Assembly: GCA_963737655.1 (NCBI GenBank)
Contig: CAVTTN010000002.1
Span: 2,144,001 to 2,208,000 of the forward strand
Reading direction: 5' to 3'
From: an uncultured Planctomycetota bacterium
GTDB taxonomy: Bacteria > Planctomycetota > Planctomycetia > Isosphaerales > Isosphaeraceae
Length of the DNA stretch: 64,000 nt
The position numbers and the translations under genes were made by a program. The notes beneath the pieces were generated by a model that worked only from the letters and a program-made list of their open reading frames with translations, searched no databases and was not told where the DNA came from. Positions 29,559 to 37,577 of this stretch are shown here, piece by piece (position 1 is the stretch's first letter; every line of letters starts with the position of its first letter).

Positions 29559-29592
29559 TTGTGGGGTCCGCTATTATTTGCGGACCCCACAA
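29559..29592. terminator. perfect 13-bp hairpin (terminator or REP-like)
   Basis: TTGTGGGGTCCGC-TATTATTT-GCGGACCCCACAA, just downstream of the DUF1080 stop. Confidence 0.65.
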
Positions 29593-29609
29593 GAGCCGCG
29601 ACCGGCGGC

Positions 29610-30227
29610 TCAGTCGAGCGGCTTGATGCTGATGTCCTTGAAGTGGACTTCCATCGGCGGTCCGGCGTGGGTCTGGAGGGCGATGATGCCCGTCTTGTCG
29701 AACTTCGGGTCGGTCCGGTCGATGACCTTCGTGCCGTTGATCTCGATGGTCACGTGGTCCCCCTTGGCGGTGATCACGAAGTCGTTCCAGTCTCCCGAGC
29801 GGGCCAGGGCCTTGGCCTTGGCCTCGTCGTAGCGCTCGAGGATGCCTCGGCGGTTCTCCTCGTAGAAGAGGCCCCAGTATCCTTCGGCGGCGTCGGCCTG
29901 GGGGCCGTTGACCTTGCCGTTGGGCTCGCGCTCGCTGCGGAACTGGATGCCCGAGTTGCCGCTGAGGACCTTGACCTTCGCCTTCAGGATGAAGTCGCCG
30001 TAGGACTTCTCGGTGACGAGGAACTCGTTCTTCTTGAGCTGGCCGGCGCCGGTCTTGCCGACGATCTCGCCGTCCTTGACGGAGAAGATCCCCTTGTCGT
30101 CGGGCTGGACCCATCCGGAGAGGTCCTTGCCGTTGAACAGGGGGGTGAAGCCGTCGTCGGCCGCTCGGGCGGCCAGGGGCGCGGCGATCAGGGCGAGGGC
30201 GGCCAGTCGCGAGGCGATCCGAATCAT
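29610..30227 (-). CDS. DUF1080 / 3-keto-disaccharide hydrolase family secreted protein
   Basis: GFTPLFNGKDLSGW, GNSGIQFRS, GDWN and GIIALQTH. Confidence 0.92.
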   Translation of the reverse strand: MIRIASRLAALALIAAPLAARAADDGFTPLFNGKDLSGWVQPDDKGIFSVKDGEIVGKTGAGQLKKNEFLVTEKSYGDFILKAKVKVLSGNSGIQFRSEREPNGKVNGPQADAAEGYWGLFYEENRRGILERYDEAKAKALARSGDWNDFVITAKGDHVTIEINGTKVIDRTDPKFDKTGIIALQTHAGPPMEVHFKDISIKPLD

Positions 30228-30396
30228 GAGGTCGTTCTCCGGGAGGGGTCGAGGCGCGGTCTCGGCCTCGCGGGGCGATTGTGCCCGGCGCCGGAGGCGG
30301 GGTCAATCGGCTGGCTCGGCCCCCGGGAACGCGAAGAGCGGGCGGCCCGGGGGCCGTCCGCTCTGGTGAGTCGTGGAGGAAGGGGACCGGAACGGC

Positions 30397-31440
30397 TCAG
30401 GCGGCCTTGCGGGCGGTCCTGCGGCGGACGGCCCCGGCGATCCCGGCGACCGAGGCCCAGAGGGCGATCGTGGTCGGCTCGGGGACGGGCGTCCCGGTCA
30501 TCATCTCGGCCCCCATGTCCGGGTCGATCGCCTCGGCCCCGAGGCTGGCCGAGGCCGCCCCTCCGCCCCGGAGGAACTTGGTCATCTCGTCCACCGACGC
30601 CTTGGAGAACACGGTGTTGGGGTTGATCAGGACGCTCCAGGGGGAGGAGGCGGAGTCGAGGTACTGGCCGGTGGTGTCGTGGTGCTCGCCGCCGAAGCTG
30701 TGCATGAGCTCGTGGGAGATGTTGTGGGCGACGGCCCATTCCAGGTCGGTGGGATTGTCGGCGTAGCCGAGCTTGTCGATGAAGCTGAAGCCGTTGTGGC
30801 CGACGTCGGTGATGCCGATGGCGTCGGGGTTGCCGGCGTAGGAGGTGTGCGAGACCACGCTGACCGTGTGGGCGGCGCCGGCGTTGGGGTCGGTGGTCAG
30901 GGTGATCGGGATGTTGCTGGCGGAGAAGGTGTGGGCGACGTCGGCCAGCACCGCCTTGGAGAAGTCGTTGATGTCCTGGGCCGTCGGGACGTGGCCGAAC
31001 GCCTTCTCGGCCGACGGGCTGTTGTACCAGGCCTGGGCGGAGCCGGTGGTCAACATCCCGTCCTCGGGATAGGGTCCGGCTCCGAGGTTCACGAAGGCGT
31101 CGGGCGTGGTGGCCGGGGTGATCGTCGGGGCGGTGTAGGCCGCCGGGGGCGTGTAGGAGGCCGGGGGCGTGTAGGAGGCCGGGGCCGGGGCGATCGCGGC
31201 GGCGGGGATGGTGGTCGTCGCCGCAGGGGCCGAGGAGATCACGGCCGTCGGGGCATAGCCGGAGAACAGGCCGGCGCCGGAGGGGCCCGTGGTCGATCCG
31301 CCGTTGGCCGAGGGATAGCCCGCGGCGACGATCGTCCCGCCCGAGAGGCCGAAAACAGGAGCCGAGTCGTTCGCTCGGGCCGCCAGGGCCCCGGTCGCGA
31401 CGATCAGGACGCCCACAACGAAGCTCTTCGCCGCGGCCAT
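30397..31440 (-). CDS. PEP-CTERM protein with HExxH zinc-binding motif
   Basis: Signal peptide, HELMHSFGGEH, C-terminal VPEP-TM-RRR, AGGAGG RBS. Confidence 0.88.
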   Translation of the reverse strand: MAAAKSFVVGVLIVATGALAARANDSAPVFGLSGGTIVAAGYPSANGGSTTGPSGAGLFSGYAPTAVISSAPAATTTIPAAAIAPAPASYTPPASYTPPAAYTAPTITPATTPDAFVNLGAGPYPEDGMLTTGSAQAWYNSPSAEKAFGHVPTAQDINDFSKAVLADVAHTFSASNIPITLTTDPNAGAAHTVSVVSHTSYAGNPDAIGITDVGHNGFSFIDKLGYADNPTDLEWAVAHNISHELMHSFGGEHHDTTGQYLDSASSPWSVLINPNTVFSKASVDEMTKFLRGGGAASASLGAEAIDPDMGAEMMTGTPVPEPTTIALWASVAGIAGAVRRRTARKAA

Positions 31441-31617
31441 CACGAACCTCCTGTTCGTTGCCGGTCCCGGTCCGCCGTCCTGACGGACCCACCGAATCCC
31501 TCGCTCCTCGGCCCCAGCCCACGACCGTCCGCCGGGCTTCCCCGGGCGATTCGGCCGATCGGCTTCGATTTCAGGCGGAATGAGGCGGGCGGGTTTCGGT
31601 TTACGGCTCTGAGAAAA

Positions 31618-31633
31618 AGCAAAGTCGGTGCCA
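31618..31633 (-). promoter_or_regulatory. sigma-54 promoter for the PEP-CTERM gene
   Basis: Minus strand reads TGGCAC-CGACT-TTGCT, an exact -24/-12 consensus. Confidence 0.75.
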
Positions 31634-31861
31634 CAAGCGGGGCGGAATGTGAAAGAACCGAGAACTTTCGTCGTTACTTGGAGTCGAGTAAGGATTTACG
31701 ATGGTCTCGCCCGTCGCGGAGGCATCGCCCGGATCGCCCCGGATCGTGGGAAATTCTTCCGACCCGGGCGGTTGTTACAAAGTTCCGGGAAAAACCGACA
31801 TCGGACGGGTCGAGCCCGGCCGGGGCCCTCGGCGGCCGGCCCCGAAGACTTGAACGGAAAC

Positions 31862-31876
31862 TGGCATTTGCGTTGC
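31862..31876 (+). promoter_or_regulatory. sigma-54 promoter for the repeat lipoprotein gene
   Basis: TGGCAT-TTGCG-TTGC, with GG-N10-GC spacing. Confidence 0.65.
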
Positions 31877-32035
31877 GAGTCCCGGTTTGCGTAGATATAG
31901 TGCAACCCCGTCACTCGCGGCGATCGGGCGCCAGGGCGGGCCGTCCTCGGGGACGCGCCCGCCATCGGACTCTTGTCCATCTTCGTGAAGACCCTGGCGC
32001 GGGCCGCGTGGTGCATTCTCAACAGGAGATCCTCG

Positions 32036-32380
32036 GTGAAATTCCCCCTGAAGAGTCTGGCGATGGCGGCGAGCTTCGGCCTGGTCGTGACCCTGGCCGG
32101 ATGCGGCGAGCCGGCCGAAGAGACCCCCCCGATGACCGGCAGCGGTGCGCCGGTCACCACCCCGCCGGCCCCGACCCCGACCGAAACCAAGCCCGCCCCC
32201 GAGGCCACCAAGGAAGAGATCAAGCCCGCTCCCGAGGCTCCGAAGGAGGAGGCCAAGCCCGCCCCCGAGGCCCCGAAGGAGGAGGCCAAGCCCGCTCCCG
32301 AGGCTCCGAAGGAGGAGGCCAAGCCCGCCCCCGAGGCCCCGAAGGAAGAGCCGAAGCCCGAGACCCCGAAGGCCGCCTGA
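32036..32380 (+). CDS. Pro/Glu/Lys/Ala-rich lipoprotein with tandem repeats
   Basis: AGGAG RBS, GTG start, lipobox LAGC, five KPAPEAPKEEA-type units. Confidence 0.85.
   Translation: MKFPLKSLAMAASFGLVVTLAGCGEPAEETPPMTGSGAPVTTPPAPTPTETKPAPEATKEEIKPAPEAPKEEAKPAPEAPKEEAKPAPEAPKEEAKPAPEAPKEEPKPETPKAA
32189..32353 (+). repeat. 33-bp coding tandem repeat x5
   Basis: Unit AAGCCCGCYCCCGAGGCYCCGAAGGAGGAGGCC, with variant first and last copies. Confidence 0.9.
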
Positions 32381-32483
32381 TCCCAGGCGATCTCCCCTCG
32401 CGACCCCATCCCGCGCCGGCCTCCCGTCTCCTCGGGGGCCGGCCGTTCCTCGGGTGCGCCCACCCGCCGCGACCCCCGTGCCG

Positions 32484-33668
32484 ATGACCCGCGTCGTCTT
32501 GCTCCCTCGACGGGCCCGACCCTTCTTCGCCCGCCATCCCTGGGTCTTCGCCGGCTCGATCGGCCGGGTCGAAGGACCGGCCGAACCCGGGGCCGAGGTC
32601 TCGGTGTTCAGCCACGAGGGCCAGTTCGTCGCCCGAGGGCTGTGGAATCCCCGAAGCGCGATCCGCGTCCGCCTCTATCGATGGGACGACGCCCCCCTCG
32701 ATGACGCCTTCTGGACGGCCCGGATCGACTCCGCCGTGACCCTCCGCGAGATCACGCTCGGCCTGGTCGGCCCGAACTCAGCCGCTCGCCTGGTCTTCAG
32801 CGAGAGCGACGGCCTCTCCGGCCTCACGGTCGATCGCTACGGCCCCTGGCTCGTCGCCCAGATCACCAGCCTGGCCCTCCTGGGACGGCGAGAACTCCTC
32901 GTCCGCCTCCTCGCCGAGCGGACCGGCGCCTCGGGGATCGTGGTCCGGACCGACCGCGCCCTGGCCGAGCCCGAAGGCCTCCCCCCGGTCGATTCAACCG
33001 ATCTCGGCGGCGAGCCGCCCGACGCCATCACGATCGAGGAGCACGGTTTGCAGTTCGAGGTCCGCCTCCGGACCGGCCAGAAGACCGGCTTCTTCCTCGA
33101 TCAGAGGGACAACCGCGCCGCCGCCTCTCGGTACGCCCGGGATGGCCGCGTCCTGGACCTGTTTTGCTACACCGGCGGCTTTTCTCTCCATGCGTTGAAG
33201 AATGGAGGCGCCCGCCACGCCCTGGGGATCGACTCCTCGGCCCCGGCGATCGACCAGGCGAGGCGGAACGCCGTGATCAACGGCCAGGGCGCGGCCCGGT
33301 TCGAGGCGGCGGACGTGTTCGACGCCCTCGATCGGCTCCGAGAGCGGTCCGAACGGTTCGAGATGGTCGTCTGCGACCCGCCGAAATTCGCCAAGGGGCC
33401 TCGCGGGCTGGACGACGCGATGAAGGGCTATCTCCGGCTCAATCGCGCCGCCGCCGACGTGGTGAGCCCCGGCGGAATCCTCGTGACGTGCTCCTGCTCG
33501 GGCCTCGTGGATCGCCCCGCGTTCACCGCGATGCTCGGCCAGGTCGCCGAGCTCTCCGGCCGATCGATCCAGATCCTCGAAAGCCGAGGGCAGGCGCCCG
33601 ACCACCCGGTTTCGGCCTCGTGCCTGGAGACCGACTACCTGAAATGCCTGATCTGCCGGGTGTCGTGA
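32484..33668 (+). CDS. rlmI: class I SAM-dependent rRNA methyltransferase (RlmI-type)
   Basis: HPWVF PUA domain, ESDGLSGLTVDRY, GQKTGFFLDQRDNR, VLDLFCYTGGF and DPPKF. Confidence 0.88.
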   Translation: MTRVVLLPRRARPFFARHPWVFAGSIGRVEGPAEPGAEVSVFSHEGQFVARGLWNPRSAIRVRLYRWDDAPLDDAFWTARIDSAVTLREITLGLVGPNSAARLVFSESDGLSGLTVDRYGPWLVAQITSLALLGRRELLVRLLAERTGASGIVVRTDRALAEPEGLPPVDSTDLGGEPPDAITIEEHGLQFEVRLRTGQKTGFFLDQRDNRAAASRYARDGRVLDLFCYTGGFSLHALKNGGARHALGIDSSAPAIDQARRNAVINGQGAARFEAADVFDALDRLRERSERFEMVVCDPPKFAKGPRGLDDAMKGYLRLNRAAADVVSPGGILVTCSCSGLVDRPAFTAMLGQVAELSGRSIQILESRGQAPDHPVSASCLETDYLKCLICRVS

Positions 33669-33722
33669 AACGTGAGGGTTGAGAAGGCGGTCCTTGTAGG
33701 GTCCGCCCTCGACCACGCGAAT

Positions 33723-35201
33723 TCACAGGAGTTCCGCCAGGACTTCGCCCCCGGGGACCAGCCCCAGGGGTCGGCCCTGGCGATCGGCGAGCTCCTCGGC
33801 TGGGTCGATGCCCAGGAGGTGGTAGGCGGTGGCCAGGAGGTCCTTGGGCGAGACGGGTCGATCGGCGGGGTCGGAGGCGATCGAGTCGGACCGGCCGAGG
33901 ACGGTCCCTCCTCGCACGCCTCCTCCGGCCAGGACGGCGGAGTAGCAGCGCGACCAGTGGTCGCGGCCTCCTCCCTGTCCGGTCGTGATTCGAGGGGTCC
34001 GGCCGTGCTCGGAGAGGACCAGGACGAGCGTTTCGTCGAGCAGCCCCCGGCGGTCCAGGTCGATCAGGAGGCCCGAGAGCGTGCGGTCGAGGCCGGGCAG
34101 GAGCTCGTCCCTCATCCTGGGATAGTGGTCCCAGTGGGTATCCCAGCCGGTGCCGGCGAGGCCGAATTCGTCCCAGAAGACGCTCACGAACCGGCCTCCG
34201 GCCTCGACCAGCCGCCGGGCCGTGAGCGCGGCCTGGCCGAACAGGCTGATCCCGTAGAGGTCGCGGGTCTCGGCCGGTTCCCTTCCCAGGTCGAACGCCT
34301 CGCGGAGCTTCCGCGAGCCGAGGAGCGAATAGGCCATCGCGCGATGGCGATCGGTCCCTCCGCGTTCGATCTCGGCCCCGATCTCGCCCCGCGATCGCTC
34401 GATCTGCTCCAGGAGAGAGCGGCGGCGGTCCAGGCGGTCGAGCGAGAGGCCCGGAGGCGGCTCGGTCACGCTGGAGAGGCGGAACCGATCTTCCCGCCCG
34501 ATCCCGCGATACGGCTCGGGGCCGTCCCAGACCTGTTCCTGGAGGGTCTTCCTCGCGGTCTTCGTGCCCCGGCCGACGAATTCGGTCCAGACCGGGTCGC
34601 GACCCGGGCCGAGGAACCCGCCATACGGCCCGGCCCGGGCGACCTCGCCCACCCTCTTCGTGCTGAACGCCCAGGGCAGCGCGAGGTTCCGGGGCACCTC
34701 GGGGATCGCGCCTCCGGCCTTACGGTCGTCGAGGTGGTCCACCACCGACCCGACGAACGGCCAGTGCCCGGCGTCCCTCGGGTTCAACTCCATCGCCAGC
34801 TCGATCCGGGGAATCCCCGTGAGCGCAAAGGCGACGCCATGAATCGGATACGGATGGGTGACCGAACGGACCACGGCGGCCCGGTCCATCACCCGAGCGA
34901 GGCGAGGCAGCCCCTCGCAGAGGTCCAGGCCGGGGACGACCGAGCGGATCGTCCCGAACTCGCCGCGGACCTCGACCGGCGCTTTGGGCTTGGGGTCGAA
35001 CGTCTCGATCTGGCTCGGCGCGCCGTACAAATACAGCAAGATGCACGACTTCGCCCGGCCGAACGAGGGCGGACGCTCGGCCGGGGACGCCGAGGCCGCC
35101 CGAGTCCCCAGTCCGAGCAGGCCCAGGGCCCCGACCTGGAGGAGGTCGCGGCGGGTCAGGCCGTCGCAGAGCCGTTTGGGGCCGCCGAGAATGCGGATCA
35201 T
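33723..35201 (-). CDS. DUF1501 domain protein
   Basis: LCDGLTRRDLL, GAPSQIETFDPKP, ARRLVEAG, WDTH, EHGRTP and GRDHW. Confidence 0.92.
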   Translation of the reverse strand: MIRILGGPKRLCDGLTRRDLLQVGALGLLGLGTRAASASPAERPPSFGRAKSCILLYLYGAPSQIETFDPKPKAPVEVRGEFGTIRSVVPGLDLCEGLPRLARVMDRAAVVRSVTHPYPIHGVAFALTGIPRIELAMELNPRDAGHWPFVGSVVDHLDDRKAGGAIPEVPRNLALPWAFSTKRVGEVARAGPYGGFLGPGRDPVWTEFVGRGTKTARKTLQEQVWDGPEPYRGIGREDRFRLSSVTEPPPGLSLDRLDRRRSLLEQIERSRGEIGAEIERGGTDRHRAMAYSLLGSRKLREAFDLGREPAETRDLYGISLFGQAALTARRLVEAGGRFVSVFWDEFGLAGTGWDTHWDHYPRMRDELLPGLDRTLSGLLIDLDRRGLLDETLVLVLSEHGRTPRITTGQGGGRDHWSRCYSAVLAGGGVRGGTVLGRSDSIASDPADRPVSPKDLLATAYHLLGIDPAEELADRQGRPLGLVPGGEVLAELL

Positions 35202-35410
35202 CGCCGGCTCGCCGCGATCGAGAGAGAACGCCACGTCTCCGGAGTACCCTATCGCCGATTCGACGGTTGTTCAACAACCATCTTCCAAGAGGCCCGGGGC
35301 CGCCGATCCCCCGGGCCCGGGATCGATCCTCGCTTCCCCGGGGCCGAGGTCCGGGTTAGGATGGCCGACGGATCGGCCTCTCCGAATCCTTCCTCTCCGG
35401 GAATATTCTC

Positions 35411-35875
35411 ATGCATGCCTTCCTCTGGATTCCGCTGGTTTGCCTGCTCCCCACGCACCTGCCGGCCGGGGACGCCGACGCCAAGGCCGTCGCGCAGGAC
35501 GTCCTGAACAAGGGCGCCGCCCTGTTCGACGCGAGGGACTCCGCGATCCTCGCCGACACCTGGACCGAGGACGGCCGGCTTTTCTGGGTCGAGCGCGACA
35601 GGGACACCGGCAAGTACAAGACGCTCGTGAAGGAAGGTCGCCCGGAGATCGAGCGGTTCTACCGCGATTTCTTCAAGGATTCCAGGGAGAAGACCACCTC
35701 AAGAAACACCGTCGAGTTCGCCCGCTACGTCGCCCCCGACCTGATGGTGATCCATGGCGAATTCGCGCCCGACACGTCGAAGGACGGAAAATACACGTTC
35801 GTCCAGGAACGCGTGAAGGTCGGCGACAAGTGGCTGATCCAGGCGTTGCGGCTGTATGTGGTGTCCGGGGATTGA
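35411..35875 (+). CDS. secreted NTF2/SnoaL-like protein
   Basis: Signal peptide, FDARD..LADTWTEDG, GRPEIERFY and C-terminal KWLI. Confidence 0.65.
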   Translation: MHAFLWIPLVCLLPTHLPAGDADAKAVAQDVLNKGAALFDARDSAILADTWTEDGRLFWVERDRDTGKYKTLVKEGRPEIERFYRDFFKDSREKTTSRNTVEFARYVAPDLMVIHGEFAPDTSKDGKYTFVQERVKVGDKWLIQALRLYVVSGD

Positions 35876-35914
35876 GTGAGCCGAACCTCCCCGGGCGATC
35901 GGTTGGTCAGTCGA

Positions 35915-36442
35915 TCACGGTCGGCCGACGGTCCTCAGGCGGGACTTCGAGACGAGGGCGTGGACCGAGGGCCATCGGTGGCAGAGGCGGTCCAGGGCCA
36001 GGGCGGCCCCGGCCGGGTCGAACGAGGATCGGAGCCGCTCGCGGATCGCCTGGTGGAGGGCCCGGGTGAAGTCGAGCGAGAGGGTGTAGTTGATCCTGGC
36101 CGGGGCGTCCCGGCCCGTCAGGATCACGCTGAGCAGGGCGCGTTCCTCGAACGGCCCGCCCACCGGCGGCGGGCAGCCGTCCCGAGAGCGGCCCTCGAAC
36201 GCCGCGCAGGACCAGGGGACCATCTGGCCGAATCGGTAGGCCAGCAGGAGCAGGGGGCCTTCCTCGACCAGGGAGAATTCGGCCTCCTCCCCGACCAGGT
36301 CGTCCAGGCGAAGCCCGGTGAGCCGCAGCTCGTGGACTCCGAAGCGAAACTCGTAGTGGCCCGAGGTCTGCCACGGACTCGGGCCGTCGGCCGGCTGCGT
36401 GCGCGCAGAGCGAACAGCCCCCCGGGCGGTGGGAATTGCCAT
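35915..36442 (-). CDS. hypothetical protein
   Basis: GGAGAGG RBS and a globular-looking 175-aa sequence. Confidence 0.55.
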   Translation of the reverse strand: MAIPTARGAVRSARTQPADGPSPWQTSGHYEFRFGVHELRLTGLRLDDLVGEEAEFSLVEEGPLLLLAYRFGQMVPWSCAAFEGRSRDGCPPPVGGPFEERALLSVILTGRDAPARINYTLSLDFTRALHQAIRERLRSSFDPAGAALALDRLCHRWPSVHALVSKSRLRTVGRP

Positions 36443-36657
36443 GGTTGCCTCTCCTCCGGTTCCGAAAAGATCGGAATGTCCGCGATCCGTGGCCTCCCGT
36501 TCCGAGTGAGAAGCCCGAAGGCGGACGAACCGACTCTAGCCGACACATCGGGACCTGTATAGACCCTTGTGCCTGGCTTGCCCGTCCTCCTTAATCGTCT
36601 CGGAGTCGCGCAATCGTCGTCCTCGGGCCGAAACGCCGGGTCGAGGGCGGAGGGGAG

Positions 36658-36685
36658 TTGACTCGGGGCCATCTCTCCTTACAAT
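36658..36685 (+). promoter_or_regulatory. sigma-70 promoter of tRNA-Ile
   Basis: TTGACT, 16 nt, TACAAT. Confidence 0.6.
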
Positions 36686-36704
36686 GGCGGAGCCGAGTTT
36701 GAGC

Positions 36705-36778
36705 GGGCGCATAGCTCAGTTGGCTAGAGCGCACCCCTGATAAGGGTGAGGTCCGAAGTTCGAATCTTCGTGCGCCCA
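36705..36778 (+). tRNA. tRNA-Ile (GAT)
   Basis: Acceptor stem GGGCGCA/TGCGCCC, anticodon stem CACCC/GGGTG with loop CTGATAA, T-loop GTTCGAATC. CCA is not encoded (CTA follows). Confidence 0.96.
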
Positions 36779-36924
36779 CTAAAAATTCGCCCTCCGTTGC
36801 GTTGGAGGGGGGCGAACGATCGAGACGAGCCAAACCCCTCGCGAATTGGCCCCCTACGGGGCACTTCGCAAGGGGTTTGGCGTTGGTGGGCCGACCCGGC
36901 CGGCGACGCTCGCCGGGTGGGGCC

Positions 36925-37449
36925 TCATTCGTCCTCGTCGTCCTCGTCGGGTTCGGCCTCGGGATCGACGTCGTCCTCGTCGTCCATCTCCTCCTCCTCG
37001 GCCTCGGGCTTCGCCTTGACCGCGGCCACCGGCGCGGCGGCCGGGGCGACCTCGGGCCGGGGGATGGCGGCGCCGAGGCCCGGGGCGTTGTCGGGCATCG
37101 GCTCCTTGACCTTCTGGACGAAGTGGGTGCCCTTGCCCTTGGCCGTGAGCTCGTCGGCGCGGGCCTGGGCGGCGTCCTTCTGGGCGTATTCGAACGTGTT
37201 GACGGTCTTGAAGGCGTCGTTGACCACGGCCCAGACGATCCTCATCCGCGCGGCCGGCTTGGGGACCTTGACGGCCTTGGCCTTGGCCTTGGCGGGGGCC
37301 TTGGCCTTCTTTTTCGGCTTGCGTTCGGCCTCGTCGTCGTCGCCCGAGTCCTCGGCGACGTCGTCGGACTCGTCCTCCATGGGGTCCAGAGGCTCGGCGG
37401 CCTCGTACTGGCGGCGAAGCTCCAGGCGATTCTGCGGTTTCCCTGCCAT
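36925..37449 (-). CDS. hypothetical protein with acidic termini and Lys/Ala-rich segment
   Basis: AAGGA RBS, strong GC3 bias, small folded core (RMRIVWAV...HFVQKVKEPM). Confidence 0.8.
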   Translation of the reverse strand: MAGKPQNRLELRRQYEAAEPLDPMEDESDDVAEDSGDDDEAERKPKKKAKAPAKAKAKAVKVPKPAARMRIVWAVVNDAFKTVNTFEYAQKDAAQARADELTAKGKGTHFVQKVKEPMPDNAPGLGAAIPRPEVAPAAAPVAAVKAKPEAEEEEMDDEDDVDPEAEPDEDDEDE

Positions 37450-37577
37450 CTCGTCGTCCTTTGTGTGCGCGACCCGGCCGGCGGGCCCGTCCCGGGCGTG
37501 ATCCCTTTCATCCTACCCCGACCGGACCGAGGTTGCTACCTGGGCCGATCCGGGAACGGGCTTCATCCTCCGAGCCG

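Noticed and set aside
32189..32353. 33-bp repeats as a CRISPR array
   Set aside because: The units are contiguous with no unique spacers, they are in frame in a lipoprotein, and no cas genes are present.
33694..33718. GTAG-type REP or terminator between rlmI and DUF1501
   Set aside because: Only a short imperfect stem (GGCGG..CCGCC) resembling half of the 29559 hairpin, too degenerate to call.
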